A stretch of DNA of 24,892 nt from a candidate division WOR-3 bacterium (GCA_039803205.1 JBDRYB010000027.1:1-24892), one strand, 5' to 3'. Numbered from the stretch's first letter, positions 1-9,013 are shown. Program-made: numbers and translations. The notes: generated by a model from the letters alone, not told the origin.

Positions 1-51
1 TCGTCAGGGCATTCCCTTCGGCAAGGCGCAAAGCGCCTTGTGCCCTGACGA
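1..51. repeat. Nested inverted repeat / hairpin (possible terminator of an upstream gene; may extend beyond the window)
   Basis: TCGTCAGGGCA (1-11) is perfectly complementary to TGCCCTGACGA (41-51); inner stem CAAGGCGC-AAA-GCGCCTTG. Confidence 0.6.
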
Positions 52-64
52 GCCTCTAGGAGTT

Positions 65-70
65 TATAAT
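65..70 (+). promoter_or_regulatory. sigma70-type -10 box for the putative 6S RNA
   Basis: Perfect TATAAT shortly before the structured 82-264 region. Confidence 0.5.
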
Positions 71-81
71 TTAATCCCTCA

Positions 82-264
82 GGTTGGAGAGTGGCCCCTA
101 AGGTGCCCGGAAATCCGGACAGATCTAGAGCCCAATCCCCTTTCGGTCTCAGGTGGCATGCTCCGCTGACCTAAGCGAGAGTTCCAGGCATCCCAAGCCT
201 GTCATCTGAGATCGCGCGATTTCAGGATCATCTGCGTTAAGGATCGTTTTATGGTGGTTCAACC
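82..264 (+). ncRNA. ssrS: Probable 6S RNA (SsrS)
   Basis: About 183-nt rod: 5' GGTTG..CCCCTAAGGTGCCC pairs with 3' GGATCGTTTTATGG..CAACC. Apical GGTGGCATGCTC-CGCT..AGCG-AGAG resembles the 6S GAGCAUGCUCGG..CCGAGAAG arm. CATCTGAGATC-GCGC-GATTTCAGG resembles the CACCUUGAACC..GGUUCAAGG hairpin. TATAAT lies upstream. Ends approximate. Confidence 0.6.
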
Positions 265-285
265 ATCCGGCCGATCCCTTATAAT

Positions 286-1176
286 TTGCCAGTGAAACTT
301 GAGGGAGATTGGTTTTCCGAGACGCACACGGATGATCTCCTTTATTCTTACAAGGTAGAGGAGAGGATATACTCCGGTAGGACCCGGTTTCAGCGCGTTG
401 ATATTTTGAGGATAAAACCCTTCGGGATAACCCTGTTTCTTGATGGCAAGCTCCAGTCCGCGCGGGTTGACGAGGCTGTTTATCACGAGTGCCTCGTTCA
501 CCCAGCCATGCAGGCTCACCCCAACCCAAAAAGGGTATTCATAGCCGGGGGAGGAGAGGGCGCTACATTGCGCGAGGTTCTACGGTATCCCGTCGAAGAA
601 TGCGTTATGTGCGACATAGATCCCGAGCTAGTTGAGCTGTGCGAGGCTTTCCTTCCCTCTTGGAATGCTGGGGCATTCCGTGACCAGAGGGCAAGGCTCC
701 TTTTCGCGGACGCGAGGGCAACCCTCGCGAATAGCCCGGACAAATACGATGTGATAATCTCTGATCTGCCTGAGCCGCTTGAGGCTGGGCCAGCGCGATT
801 TCTCTACACAAAGGAATTTTACCAGATAGTTCGCGAGAGGCTCTCGGACCAGGGCGTTTTTGTGGCGCAGGTAGGATCGGCCGATCCGGTCTATCCGGAT
901 CTCTCTGTTTGCGTTCACGCAACCCTCAGCGAGGTATTCCCTGTCGTCGGGCTATATGTTGCATATGTGTTTTCGTTTCAACTGCTCTGGGCATTTGTTT
1001 TGGCCACAAAGGGTCCGCCCTTGTTCCCAGAAAGATTCAGGGATATACCCGGACTTTCCCATTACACTCCGGATATCCACAGGGCCATGTTCGCCCTACC
1101 CGGCCACATGAGGCGCGCCATCAAAGAGAAGGGGAGGATCCTCACGGATGAGAAGCCTTTTTCCTGGACCGCCTAG
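286..1176 (+). CDS. speE: Polyamine aminopropyltransferase (spermidine synthase family)
   Basis: Motifs LDGKLQS, YHECLVHPAM, GGGEGATLRE, YDVIISD. True start may be GTG at 292, 6 nt after TATAAT (280-285). Confidence 0.93.
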   Translation: MPVKLEGDWFSETHTDDLLYSYKVEERIYSGRTRFQRVDILRIKPFGITLFLDGKLQSARVDEAVYHECLVHPAMQAHPNPKRVFIAGGGEGATLREVLRYPVEECVMCDIDPELVELCEAFLPSWNAGAFRDQRARLLFADARATLANSPDKYDVIISDLPEPLEAGPARFLYTKEFYQIVRERLSDQGVFVAQVGSADPVYPDLSVCVHATLSEVFPVVGLYVAYVFSFQLLWAFVLATKGPPLFPERFRDIPGLSHYTPDIHRAMFALPGHMRRAIKEKGRILTDEKPFSWTA

Positions 1177-1621
1177 CAGGTTCTGTATCAGGGTCGGGGT
1201 TGGCACCGGAGAGACCGAGCTTTTGGCTTTTGATGGGGCTCTGGTTGCCGCTGGGATATCCCATTACAACCTCGTTAGGGTTTCATCCATAATACCTCCG
1301 GGCGCGGTCCTCGTTGAGGAGATCGATCTTCCGCCTGGTTCCCTGTTGCCAATAGCCTATGCCAGCCTCACCGCGAACCAGAAAGGCCTGGTTATCTCCG
1401 CGGCGGTCGCGACGGGTATTCCGGTTTCACCGGATGATGTTGGGGTGATAATGGAGTTTTCCGGCCGGGTTCCCCTTGAGGAGGCCGAGGATCAAGTGAG
1501 GTTCATGGCTGAGAGGGCTTTGAGCTCAAGGGGCATCCGGATCAATGACATCCTGGTGAGGGGGGTTTCGGCCGAGGTCAGCGGCACCACTAGCGTCTTT
1601 GCGGGCGTCGCGCTGTTTTAG
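1148..1621 (+). CDS. pdaD: Pyruvoyl-dependent arginine decarboxylase
   Basis: AFDGALVAAGISHYNLVRVSSIIPP with the Ser-Ser self-cleavage site; GVIME motif; overlaps the speE end. Confidence 0.9.
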   Translation: MRSLFPGPPSRFCIRVGVGTGETELLAFDGALVAAGISHYNLVRVSSIIPPGAVLVEEIDLPPGSLLPIAYASLTANQKGLVISAAVATGIPVSPDDVGVIMEFSGRVPLEEAEDQVRFMAERALSSRGIRINDILVRGVSAEVSGTTSVFAGVALF

Positions 1622-1622
1622 G

Positions 1623-2533
1623 CCCAACTTTGACACCTAATTCTCTCAGCAGATCACGCCCCAAGGAGTCGGCACCATGGTCGCTGAGGCTCACGGTAAG
1701 CGAGGGCGGCTGTTTCGGTTGTCAAACGAGGATCGCTTACCTTTATGACATACTTGCCATCATACCTCTCGGCCTCTGAGACCTTAGCCTGGTCTATCTC
1801 AAGGAGGCCCTTCCTCTATCCCCTGTTTCTTATCAGGGCTTTTGGGTTGGTCTCCATCTCCCCCCTCTCAGCCTCATCAGGGTTGTAGCATATTATGTAG
1901 CGTTCACCATCAACTACCGCCTCCTTTACCCAGAGCTCTGGCTTACCTTCCCTCTCTATCCTGTGGTATCTACCCTGCCTTGAGAGGGCCTTTCTGGCAG
2001 GATGAGATGCCATCCTCAATCCTGTTATGTAGTCATAACCAGCCTCATCCATGAGCCTCAGGTTGGCCTCTGACACCATGCCCCTGTCGCAGACAAACAC
2101 TGCCCTCTTTATCCCAAACCTTCTTCTGAGGTCATCAAGGGCTCTGTATAGGTGATGGAGATCGAGGCTCTCAGAGCCCTCTATGAGGTATTCCTCCCTG
2201 AGCTTCTCTGAGAGGGATAGCTTTGAGCCAGGGTCAGAGAACCTATGGTAGACCATACAGAATATTGCCCTCTCAAGGGGAAACTCGTTTCTCTTCTCCG
2301 AGTCTATCCGGCTCAGGATTGCCTCAAGGCCTAAGCCCTTCCAGAGGCTCTCTAGGACATAGACATCCCCATAGGGCTTAGCCCATCTGAGGAGCATATC
2401 CTCGGATGCCTTGAGAACCATGACCTTCTCCGTGAACCCCGAGAGGGTGGCTATGAGCTTATCCACCTTGATTTTACGCGGAACTCAGGGAATAAGTCAT
2501 CCGAAGATCAGGGTTTTAGTGTCAAAGTTGAGG
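1623..2533 (-). mobile_element. Internally deleted IS1634-family element (~910 bp)
   Basis: Terminal inverted repeats CCCAACTTTGACAC (1623-1636) and GTGTCAAAGTTGAG (2519-2532); flanks TTAGG/TTAAG may be a decayed target duplication; encloses a transposase fragment. Confidence 0.8.
1735..2466 (-). pseudogene. IS1634-family transposase remnant
   Basis: Motifs DPGSKL, LHHLYRALD, VFVCDRGMVSEANL, RYIICYNP. In-frame TAG at 1816-1818 is followed by EIDQAKVSEAERYDGKYVI. N-terminus, the core between YRALD and DRGM, and the C-terminus are missing. Confidence 0.82.
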
Positions 2534-2553
2534 TTAAGATTGCTCTCCGCTAG

Positions 2554-4362
2554 CTACTGCGAGTTCCTGCTTATTCCTTCCTTTGCCCATTTGTTCCCTG
2601 GATCAAGCGATAGGAGCTGTTCCCAATATTTCAGGGCGTTTTCCTTGTCCCCGTTTTTCTCGTATGCCCTTGCCTTTCGCTCGAGCTCGCATTTCCTCGC
2701 ATACATCTTCGCGGTGGTGTTCTTCGGATCCTCGTTCAGTATCTGCTGTGCCAACCTGTAAGCTTTGTCTATGTTGTGCTCCTCGTCATATGCCTTCTTG
2801 AGGTCCCCAACCTTGTCCAGCTTCGTATCAAGGGATATGCTCGGCCCTGTTGGCCCTGTGACCTTTGGTCCCCCGGTCTCAAGGTTTAGGTTCCCCACGC
2901 TAGGGAGCTGGGCCGAGAGGTCAACCGATGGTTTCCCTAATCCGGATGAACCGGTTGTCACGCCACTTGTCTTGCTTATGTCTATACTTGGTTGTGCCAT
3001 CTCTATCTGGGGTTTTTTCACGCCGAGGTCGGTGTAAGTGGGAACGGTACCGGTTTGGGTTTGGCTCTTTTGGGCTATGACAGCGAGTTTCTTCTCGCGC
3101 TCCTCTTTGCTCTCCTTCTTGGCGGATCTTATTGTTTGCTCAAGAGCGAGGAGCTGGGGGTGATCCGGCGCTGTTGATAGTGCCATAGAAAGGACATTCA
3201 AGGCCTCTTTGTCTCTCTTTTCAAGGTAAAGTTGCTTTGCGGTGTTGTATGACTCAATGACAAAGAGGTTTCTGAGAACATCGTCATAGAGGTAGCCGAT
3301 GTATCTCTCGTCCTTGAACTCAGGTTCGGCCATCACAGCCTCCAGAAGCGAAAGCGCCTCTGAGAGGTTCTTCTGTGCCACTAGGGTCTCTGCCCTTGCA
3401 ACGGATGTCCATCCCTGGAGGTATTTCTCTGAGCGTGTGAGCCATTCGCTCGCCTCCGGATCGTTCTTCTTTATGCTCAGTGCCTTTTTGAAGGATTCCT
3501 CAGCCCTCTTGTATTCCCTCACCTTGCCCTCTGTCTCGGTTATGAACTGAGCTGAGGAGAAGGCAGATTTTCCGCCGGATATCGCGTTCGTATATGTCTG
3601 AGCCCTCTGTTGGAAGAAAAGGAATACCCCTATTCCGATTATTATTATTCCCACAGCGCCCAAGGATGCCCATATCGCTATCGGAACCCTCTTGCCCCCC
3701 CGGGCCGCGAAGACCTCGGATTCGGATTTCTCGGAGGGGTCTATGAAAAGCAGTCTGGTTTTTCCTATGGCAAGCTCATCCCCTGAAGAGAGGCGAGTCC
3801 TCCCGAGGAGGGGTTTCCCGTTCACGAGAACCGGGTTCTTCCCGCCTATATCCTCAACCTCAATCTTCTCGTTGACTATGTGAATCCGCAGGTGCCTCCT
3901 TGAGATGTAGGGATCATCAAGACGGTAGTCAGCATCCTCACCCCGGCCCAGGATCCCGGGGTTTCCGAGCTCGTATACCGCGCCCATTACGGGTCCGGAA
4001 AGCACCTTGAAGTATGGCAGTTCCTCCATCGGAAGGAATTGGGTGGCCTGGGAACCTTCCTCAAGCACGACGGGCATCTCCTTAACCAGAAGCCTTCCGC
4101 CCAAGAAGACCACCTTGTCCCCCTCAAAGAGAAGGACCTCGCCCATAAGAGGCTTGTCGTTGACCTTGATACCCGGATGCTTTACCTGAAGGAAGTAGCT
4201 TTCCCCTCTTCTCTCTATTAACATGTGCTCGGGGGCCAAAGTCGCTATTACCAGATCAGAGGTTGGGGCAGAGCCTATGGTGAACGGGACCTTCTCAACC
4301 GCAACCTCCCTTTCCACGCCAGAGTAAGGCAATTGTAATACCAGCTTTAACATATCCTTCAC
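2554..4362 (-). CDS. Membrane protein with two FHA domains, one TM helix and TPR-like repeats
   Basis: FHA1 degenerate (FTIGSAP..APEH); FHA2 canonical (ILGRGEDAD..ISRRH..KNPVLVNG); TM segment IWASLGAVGIIIIGIGVFLFF; TPR-like ALKYWEQLLSLDPGNKWA; GGAGG RBS upstream. Confidence 0.85.
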   Translation of the reverse strand: MKDMLKLVLQLPYSGVEREVAVEKVPFTIGSAPTSDLVIATLAPEHMLIERRGESYFLQVKHPGIKVNDKPLMGEVLLFEGDKVVFLGGRLLVKEMPVVLEEGSQATQFLPMEELPYFKVLSGPVMGAVYELGNPGILGRGEDADYRLDDPYISRRHLRIHIVNEKIEVEDIGGKNPVLVNGKPLLGRTRLSSGDELAIGKTRLLFIDPSEKSESEVFAARGGKRVPIAIWASLGAVGIIIIGIGVFLFFQQRAQTYTNAISGGKSAFSSAQFITETEGKVREYKRAEESFKKALSIKKNDPEASEWLTRSEKYLQGWTSVARAETLVAQKNLSEALSLLEAVMAEPEFKDERYIGYLYDDVLRNLFVIESYNTAKQLYLEKRDKEALNVLSMALSTAPDHPQLLALEQTIRSAKKESKEEREKKLAVIAQKSQTQTGTVPTYTDLGVKKPQIEMAQPSIDISKTSGVTTGSSGLGKPSVDLSAQLPSVGNLNLETGGPKVTGPTGPSISLDTKLDKVGDLKKAYDEEHNIDKAYRLAQQILNEDPKNTTAKMYARKCELERKARAYEKNGDKENALKYWEQLLSLDPGNKWAKEGISRNSQ

Positions 4363-4381
4363 CTCCTAGAGGTGGCCTTAT

Positions 4382-4390
4382 ATTATAACA
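4382..4390 (-). promoter_or_regulatory. Extended -10 promoter (TGnTATAAT) for the FHA gene
   Basis: Minus strand reads TGTTATAAT about 20 nt upstream of the start codon. Confidence 0.55.
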
Positions 4391-4402
4391 GATTTTCTAT
4401 GG

Positions 4403-4792
4403 TCAGGCAAGGCCTTTTCCGCACGAAGGGCATGGCCCTCCGAGAAACTGGTCAAGCTTGCCGGCGAGAAAGCTGTAGAGCGCGGCCTCCGGCCTCCTGT
4501 CATCCGTGATGTAGATCTCAAGACCCTCGTCCATGAGCATGTTCAGGAAATCCCTATTAGCATCGTATGCCAGTAAGACATCGCAGTTCTCCCTGATGAA
4601 CATGACTTTCTCCGCGGTATCCTTTGGGAGATCAAGCGTGACGCATGAAACCTGGACCCCCTGCTCGCCCAGGCCAAAAACCACCAGGATGGGCGCCTGC
4701 ATGGGGAAACGAGCAACATCGTGACCGGATCTGCTTGGAATGCCTACTTTTTTCGTTATCTCCGGGGAGATCTTCTTTCTTCTGAAAAACAT
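4403..4792 (-). CDS. NifB/NifX-family (FeMo-cofactor-binding-like) small protein with C-terminal CxxC
   Basis: KVGIPS..VARF..APILVVF, ENCDVLL..L..EGLEIY..EAALYSFLAGKL pattern; ends CPSCGK; 3 nt downstream of arsR. Confidence 0.6.
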   Translation of the reverse strand: MFFRRKKISPEITKKVGIPSRSGHDVARFPMQAPILVVFGLGEQGVQVSCVTLDLPKDTAEKVMFIRENCDVLLAYDANRDFLNMLMDEGLEIYITDDRRPEAALYSFLAGKLDQFLGGPCPSCGKGLA

Positions 4793-4795
4793 ATC

Positions 4796-5164
4796 TCACT
4801 TGCTCCTTGTTTCCTCACAGAAAATCCGACTTTCCGTCAAATATTTCCTCAGCTTCTCCAGGTCAGATTTCACATTCTCGTCATCAAGCAGTTCAGCAAG
4901 GAGATTCTTTAGGGGGCCTGGTATCCTCCCGAGTCTGTATAACCTCCAGCGCCCCTTTATTTCTGAAATCACCAGCCCAGCCTCTTTCAGAACCCTGAGG
5001 TGGTTTGAGAGGGTTGGCTGGGGTATCTCCATGAGTCTCGCTATCTCGCATACACAGAGGTCATGCGCGGCAAGAAACATCAGGATCCTGAGCCTCACGG
5101 GATCTGAGAGCGCTGAGAACAGCTTGCTGGCGGATCCTATTGTAAATCTCGGTGCATTTACCAT
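4796..5164 (-). CDS. ArsR/SmtB family metalloregulator
   Basis: FSALSDPVRLRIL, LCVCEI, QPTLSNHLRVLKEAGLV, GRWRLY. Confidence 0.92.
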   Translation of the reverse strand: MVNAPRFTIGSASKLFSALSDPVRLRILMFLAAHDLCVCEIARLMEIPQPTLSNHLRVLKEAGLVISEIKGRWRLYRLGRIPGPLKNLLAELLDDENVKSDLEKLRKYLTESRIFCEETRSK

Positions 5165-5171
5165 TTTAAAT

Positions 5172-5201
5172 ATTATAAATCCATGCCTGGTCTCCGTGCA
5201 A
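5172..5201 (-). promoter_or_regulatory. sigma70 promoter of arsR (likely leaderless)
   Basis: TTGCAC-18 nt-TATAAT, then 7 nt to ATG; no RBS. Confidence 0.55.
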
Positions 5202-5254
5202 GATCAAGATGTTATTTTGCAAATCCCCGTGCACTCGTGCCATACTTATCAATC

Positions 5255-6550
5255 ATGCTCGGAGGCTTCTTCCGTGATAACCTGCTGACCTTCTCCTCCA
5301 GGATAGCCGGTGTCCTGTTTTACGCCCTTTTCAGCGCGATAGTTGGCCGCATACTCGGCCCAGAAGGTAAAGGTATCGTGTCTCTCTCCATGATGGTGGT
5401 GACCTACATGGCCACAATAGGAACCGTAGGGGTGGATTATGGCCTCATTCTACTAGCGGGCAAGCAGAAGGAATCCCTGAAGGCTGGGGTAGCCGCGCTT
5501 CTGTGGACATGCACCATTTCCTCCGTGGTTCTCTGTTGTCTTCTTTGGAGCATCAGCCCCTGGAGGAGATATGTGGGGCTTTCAGGCCTAAGCGATGCCA
5601 TATGGTTCCTGACCATCACAGCCATCCCTCCAGCCCTGTTTTCCAAGGCATTCCAGGAGACATTCAGGGCAAAGGGGAATTTCATTGGTTTCAACGGGTT
5701 TGATGCGGGGAGAAGCCTCTTATCAATGCTCTTAGCGGCCATAATGGTATGGTGGTGGCGCCTTGGGGTGATGGGGGCTGTTCTGAGCGTGCCAGTGAGG
5801 GAGCTGATTTTGGTTATCCTCGGTGCGATGATCCTATGGCCAGCCCTCTCCCTCGCACCAAAGAAGGATGCCTGGAAAAAGGTCCTGTCTTTTGGCTTCA
5901 AAACCAGCCTTGGCAATGCCCTCCAGTTCCTGAATTACAGGCTTGATGCCTTTATTGTGGCTTATTTCATAGGCAATTATGGCGTTGGCATCTACGCTGC
6001 GGCTGTGGGCCTGGCCGAATTCCTCTGGTTCGTTCCTGGTTCTGTGGCTTTGGTTCTCTTTCCAAGGGCCGCGGCACTACCGGAGGATGAGGCAAGGAGC
6101 CTTGCCGCTTCCTCAGTCCGCATAACCCAGTTTATAACATTCATAGGCGCAATAATCCTTGCCGGGTTTGGTTGGCTCGCCATATGGATCATATATGGCC
6201 CGCAGTTCTCCTCCTCTTATCTGCCTCTTCTGCTCATCTTGCCTGGAATATGGCTTTTCGGCTATGCCAAGCTCTCTGTCAGCTACCTCATGGGAATAGA
6301 TAAGCCCATCTACGCCACATACCTGACCCTTTTTTCTCTGGCTCTCATGATCCCCCTTGACTTCATTATGATACCCAAATGGGGAGTTGCCGGCGCGTCA
6401 ATAGCCTCAACCGTTGTTTACAGCCTGGGAGGGATCCTGGGCCTCTGGTGGTTTGTGAAGCACGCCCGGTTGCCTCTCTCCGTGCTCCTCCTCCCAAGGA
6501 AAGAAGATTGGGGGTTCCTGAGGGGGATAATCTCCAGGCATTCCAGGTAG
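5255..6550 (+). CDS. Polysaccharide/oligosaccharide flippase (Wzx/MOP family)
   Basis: Many TM helices; GRILGPEGKG, LNYRLDAFIV..VGIYAAA, IPKWGVAGASIAS. Start moved from 5183 to ATG 5255, which follows TTGCAA(5217)-18 nt-CATACT(5241). Confidence 0.88.
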   Translation: MLGGFFRDNLLTFSSRIAGVLFYALFSAIVGRILGPEGKGIVSLSMMVVTYMATIGTVGVDYGLILLAGKQKESLKAGVAALLWTCTISSVVLCCLLWSISPWRRYVGLSGLSDAIWFLTITAIPPALFSKAFQETFRAKGNFIGFNGFDAGRSLLSMLLAAIMVWWWRLGVMGAVLSVPVRELILVILGAMILWPALSLAPKKDAWKKVLSFGFKTSLGNALQFLNYRLDAFIVAYFIGNYGVGIYAAAVGLAEFLWFVPGSVALVLFPRAAALPEDEARSLAASSVRITQFITFIGAIILAGFGWLAIWIIYGPQFSSSYLPLLLILPGIWLFGYAKLSVSYLMGIDKPIYATYLTLFSLALMIPLDFIMIPKWGVAGASIASTVVYSLGGILGLWWFVKHARLPLSVLLLPRKEDWGFLRGIISRHSR

Positions 6551-6554
6551 CTCA

Positions 6555-6879
6555 AACTGACCCTTACCCAAAACTTTCCCTGATCCTCATAATTTGTCTC
6601 CTATGGAAGGACTCCTTGAATATCCTTCACCACTGATGGAAGTCTTGGGACATGGCAGGCGTTATGCAATGGTGAGGGATGCTGTCTCAGGGGTAATCCA
6701 ATGCGGTAAGCTCTCGGTCATAACCAGAGGCCTCATGTGGCTCACGGTATCAGTGAGCGTGGATGAGGAGCCGATTACGAGTACGAGTGGATCAAGAGAA
6801 GCTCTGGCGAGCTATCATGTGAGGCACGGATAACCCTGATGAAATCTTCAAGAGGTGAGGAAATGGGTAAAGGCCAGTT
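6555..6879 (+). mobile_element. 325-bp MITE-like deleted IS (IS4-like) with TIRs and target-site duplication
   Basis: TIR AACTGACCCTTACCCA (6555-6570) vs reverse complement of 6864-6879 AACTGGCCTTTACCCA (14/16); perfect 5-bp direct repeat GCTCA at 6550-6554 and 6880-6884; inner ORF fragment VRDAVSGVIQCGKLSVITRGL resembles a transposase N-terminus. Confidence 0.72.
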
Positions 6880-7001
6880 GCTCAGCTATTGATCCAGGGT
6901 CTAACACGGCTTTTTATACGGCCTCTGCTACGCCGTTTCAGGCTTATTCAGGCTGGGTCAAAACCTTTGAAATGCACGGGAAACAATGAGCTGTCTGGAT
7001 T

Positions 7002-7317
7002 CTGAGACACAGAAGCTCTCTCACCTCAAGGTAAGCTCCACCCTGAACCTGATGTTTTTACAGGTGTGAGCTATTCCAAGCTGAAGCTCTGGCTCAAGTC
7101 CATGGGGGCCAAGGAGGGTCTCATTCTGGACAAGGTGCACCTCTGGGCAATTGATAAAGGCCATATTCCTCGCTTGCGCTTTCCTCATTCTCGTTGGTAT
7201 GGCCATAGAACCCTTCGTCTCCACCTTCATACCCAGCCTCACGAGCTACGAGAGGAGGTATAGCGTCTTCACCAAGGCACTCCTGTTTCTGGGGGGTGAG
7301 AGTATGTGAGATCTCAG
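7002..7317 (+). mobile_element. IS4-family transposase relic (second copy at 24766-24892)
   Basis: Fragments KEGLILDKVHL and, frameshifted, LIKAIFLACAFLILVG..ERRYSVFTKALL resemble IS4-type C-termini; 7243-7316 matches the reverse complement of 24766-24892 apart from a 53-bp deletion and one substitution. Left boundary uncertain. Confidence 0.7.
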
Positions 7318-7327
7318 CGAAAACCTC

Positions 7328-8212
7328 TCAGATCTGGCTGAAATACTCATCTGCCCTTGCTACATCAGCAGATATGTGAGCTCTGAGCTCTTCGGTGTCC
7401 TTGAAATTCATAGTGTCCCTGAGGCGCTTGTGGAAAACCACTCTCAGGGTTTGCCCCGTTATGTCACCAGCAAAATCAAGGATGTGGACCTCAAAGCTGA
7501 ACTCCCCATCGGGGAAACGGGGGCCGATGTGGCAGACAGCTGGCCTATCGTTGGCCATAACCGCGTAGACCCCATCGGCGGGCAAAAGCTTCTCTTTTGG
7601 CGTGATGAGGTTTGCTGTTGGGAAACCTATATCAGAACCTATTCCCCTTCCCTCGGTAACCCTCCCTGAGATCGGATAGTGATACCCGAGGTAATAAGCG
7701 GCCTCTTCAACCGCGCCCGATCTTATGAGTCCACGGACGAATCCGCTCTTAACGAAGACCCCGCGGAACCTCAGAGGGGGCAAGACGGTTAAGCCAATTT
7801 CCCATCTCTCCGTATCCTCCAGGATCATGGCCGGAGAACCAGCACCGTATCTGCCAAAACGGTGATCCGGGCCGGAAACTATGTGCTTTGCCCCAACCTC
7901 ATCCCTGAGAAAATCCAGAAACTTCCTCGGTATCCAATCCCTTATCTCCTCGTAATCAAGGATTATCAGCCTATCCGGCCCGAGAGCGGCAATGAGATCC
8001 TTTTTCTCATCGGGGGTTGTGAGAAGCCTTTCTTTGCCGGGAGGGCGCTCAAATGTCATCACAGCAGAGACGAGGCCATGGCGCCTCGCGAACTGGACGC
8101 ACTCGTCAATGAGAACCCTATGGCCGAGGTGAATACCGTCAAAATTCCCCACGGTCACACAGCAGGGCATCGTTATCTCTTGGCCGGGATATCTCAGAAT
8201 CTCCATGACCAC
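7328..8212 (-). CDS. ribF: Bifunctional riboflavin kinase / FAD synthetase
   Basis: VGNFDGIHLGH, GPDHRFG, GFPTANL, GVYAV, EVHILDF. Confidence 0.94.
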   Translation of the reverse strand: MVMEILRYPGQEITMPCCVTVGNFDGIHLGHRVLIDECVQFARRHGLVSAVMTFERPPGKERLLTTPDEKKDLIAALGPDRLIILDYEEIRDWIPRKFLDFLRDEVGAKHIVSGPDHRFGRYGAGSPAMILEDTERWEIGLTVLPPLRFRGVFVKSGFVRGLIRSGAVEEAAYYLGYHYPISGRVTEGRGIGSDIGFPTANLITPKEKLLPADGVYAVMANDRPAVCHIGPRFPDGEFSFEVHILDFAGDITGQTLRVVFHKRLRDTMNFKDTEELRAHISADVARADEYFSQI

Positions 8213-8288
8213 TCGTTCCTCATCCCTCTTTGGTTGTTGAAGTTAACCGCCCGAGGCAAACACATGGGTTTTAGCTTACTGATCACTA

Positions 8289-8940
8289 GAGACCTCTGGT
8301 AAAATCCCTCAGCTCCATCTTTTCGTTCACGGGCATAGTCTAAGGTTCCGGGTTAATCTCATTCAAGTTTTGGTTCGTCTCAGAACTTTCCGCCAACTCG
8401 CGCCCAACCACGGCTTTTAAGGAAGGATAAGTTGGGATCAGTTTGATGATGAGAGGCCCTACAACCTCTCAGATTTCCGGGTTGTTCAACAACTCAGATA
8501 CAGCTTCCTCTTCGTGAAGATAATCAGTTTGACGCTTGGGGATGACATCCGGATGACACCACTCTCATGAGGTTCAGGGACAAGAAGATACTAACCCATT
8601 TGAATACATGAACTCCCAGCTTGAGAAGAGGAGCCCTACCCTACGGCAGGGGATTTTTATACGGACAATAGTGGCCTCGGGAAAATGATGTTTAAGGGAT
8701 GAGCCATGGCTCAAACCCAAGCTGAACTCTCAGGCGTTGCACTCAACTGCAAACGAGCAATAATTCTATTACAAACATGGTGGGTGGAACATGAGGAGTA
8801 ATCCATCAAACGAGGACAAAAAGGGCAAAGGGAAACAAGAACAGGGCCTCAGGCCCCACCTTCCGGGGTCAAGTAAGGGCTAGGTGGCCCCAAAAAAAGC
8901 GGCCCAGAGGCAAAGGGTGGGTTTTCGGAGATTTCCCAGC
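8289..8940 (+). mobile_element. Decayed IS5-family element
   Basis: From 8460: YNLSDFRVVQQLRYSFLF..(frameshift)..DDTTLMRFRDK (IS5 N-terminal motif). Near 8673-8770: GLGKMMFKG*..VALNCKRAIILL (IS5 C-terminal motif). Degenerate ends GAGACCTCTGG../..CGGAGATTTC. Boundaries approximate. Confidence 0.65.
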
Positions 8941-9013
8941 GGTGCAATAGTCACAGCTGAGAACCTGAGGAGGTTCCGGGCCCCTGCTTCCAAAAATTAT
9001 GAGGCGCAAGCGT

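Noticed and set aside
1..70. Hammerhead ribozyme (GTC..CTGACGAG)
   Set aside because: No GAAA after stem II; CTGACGA is just the arm of the inverted repeat.
77..270. SAM, glycine or cobalamin riboswitch, or large SRP RNA, upstream of speE
   Set aside because: Core motifs are missing (no ATCAAGAG/GCAACC, no GCCGAAG, no CAGG-CC-GNRA-GG-AGCA); 6S landmarks fit better and speE has its own -10.
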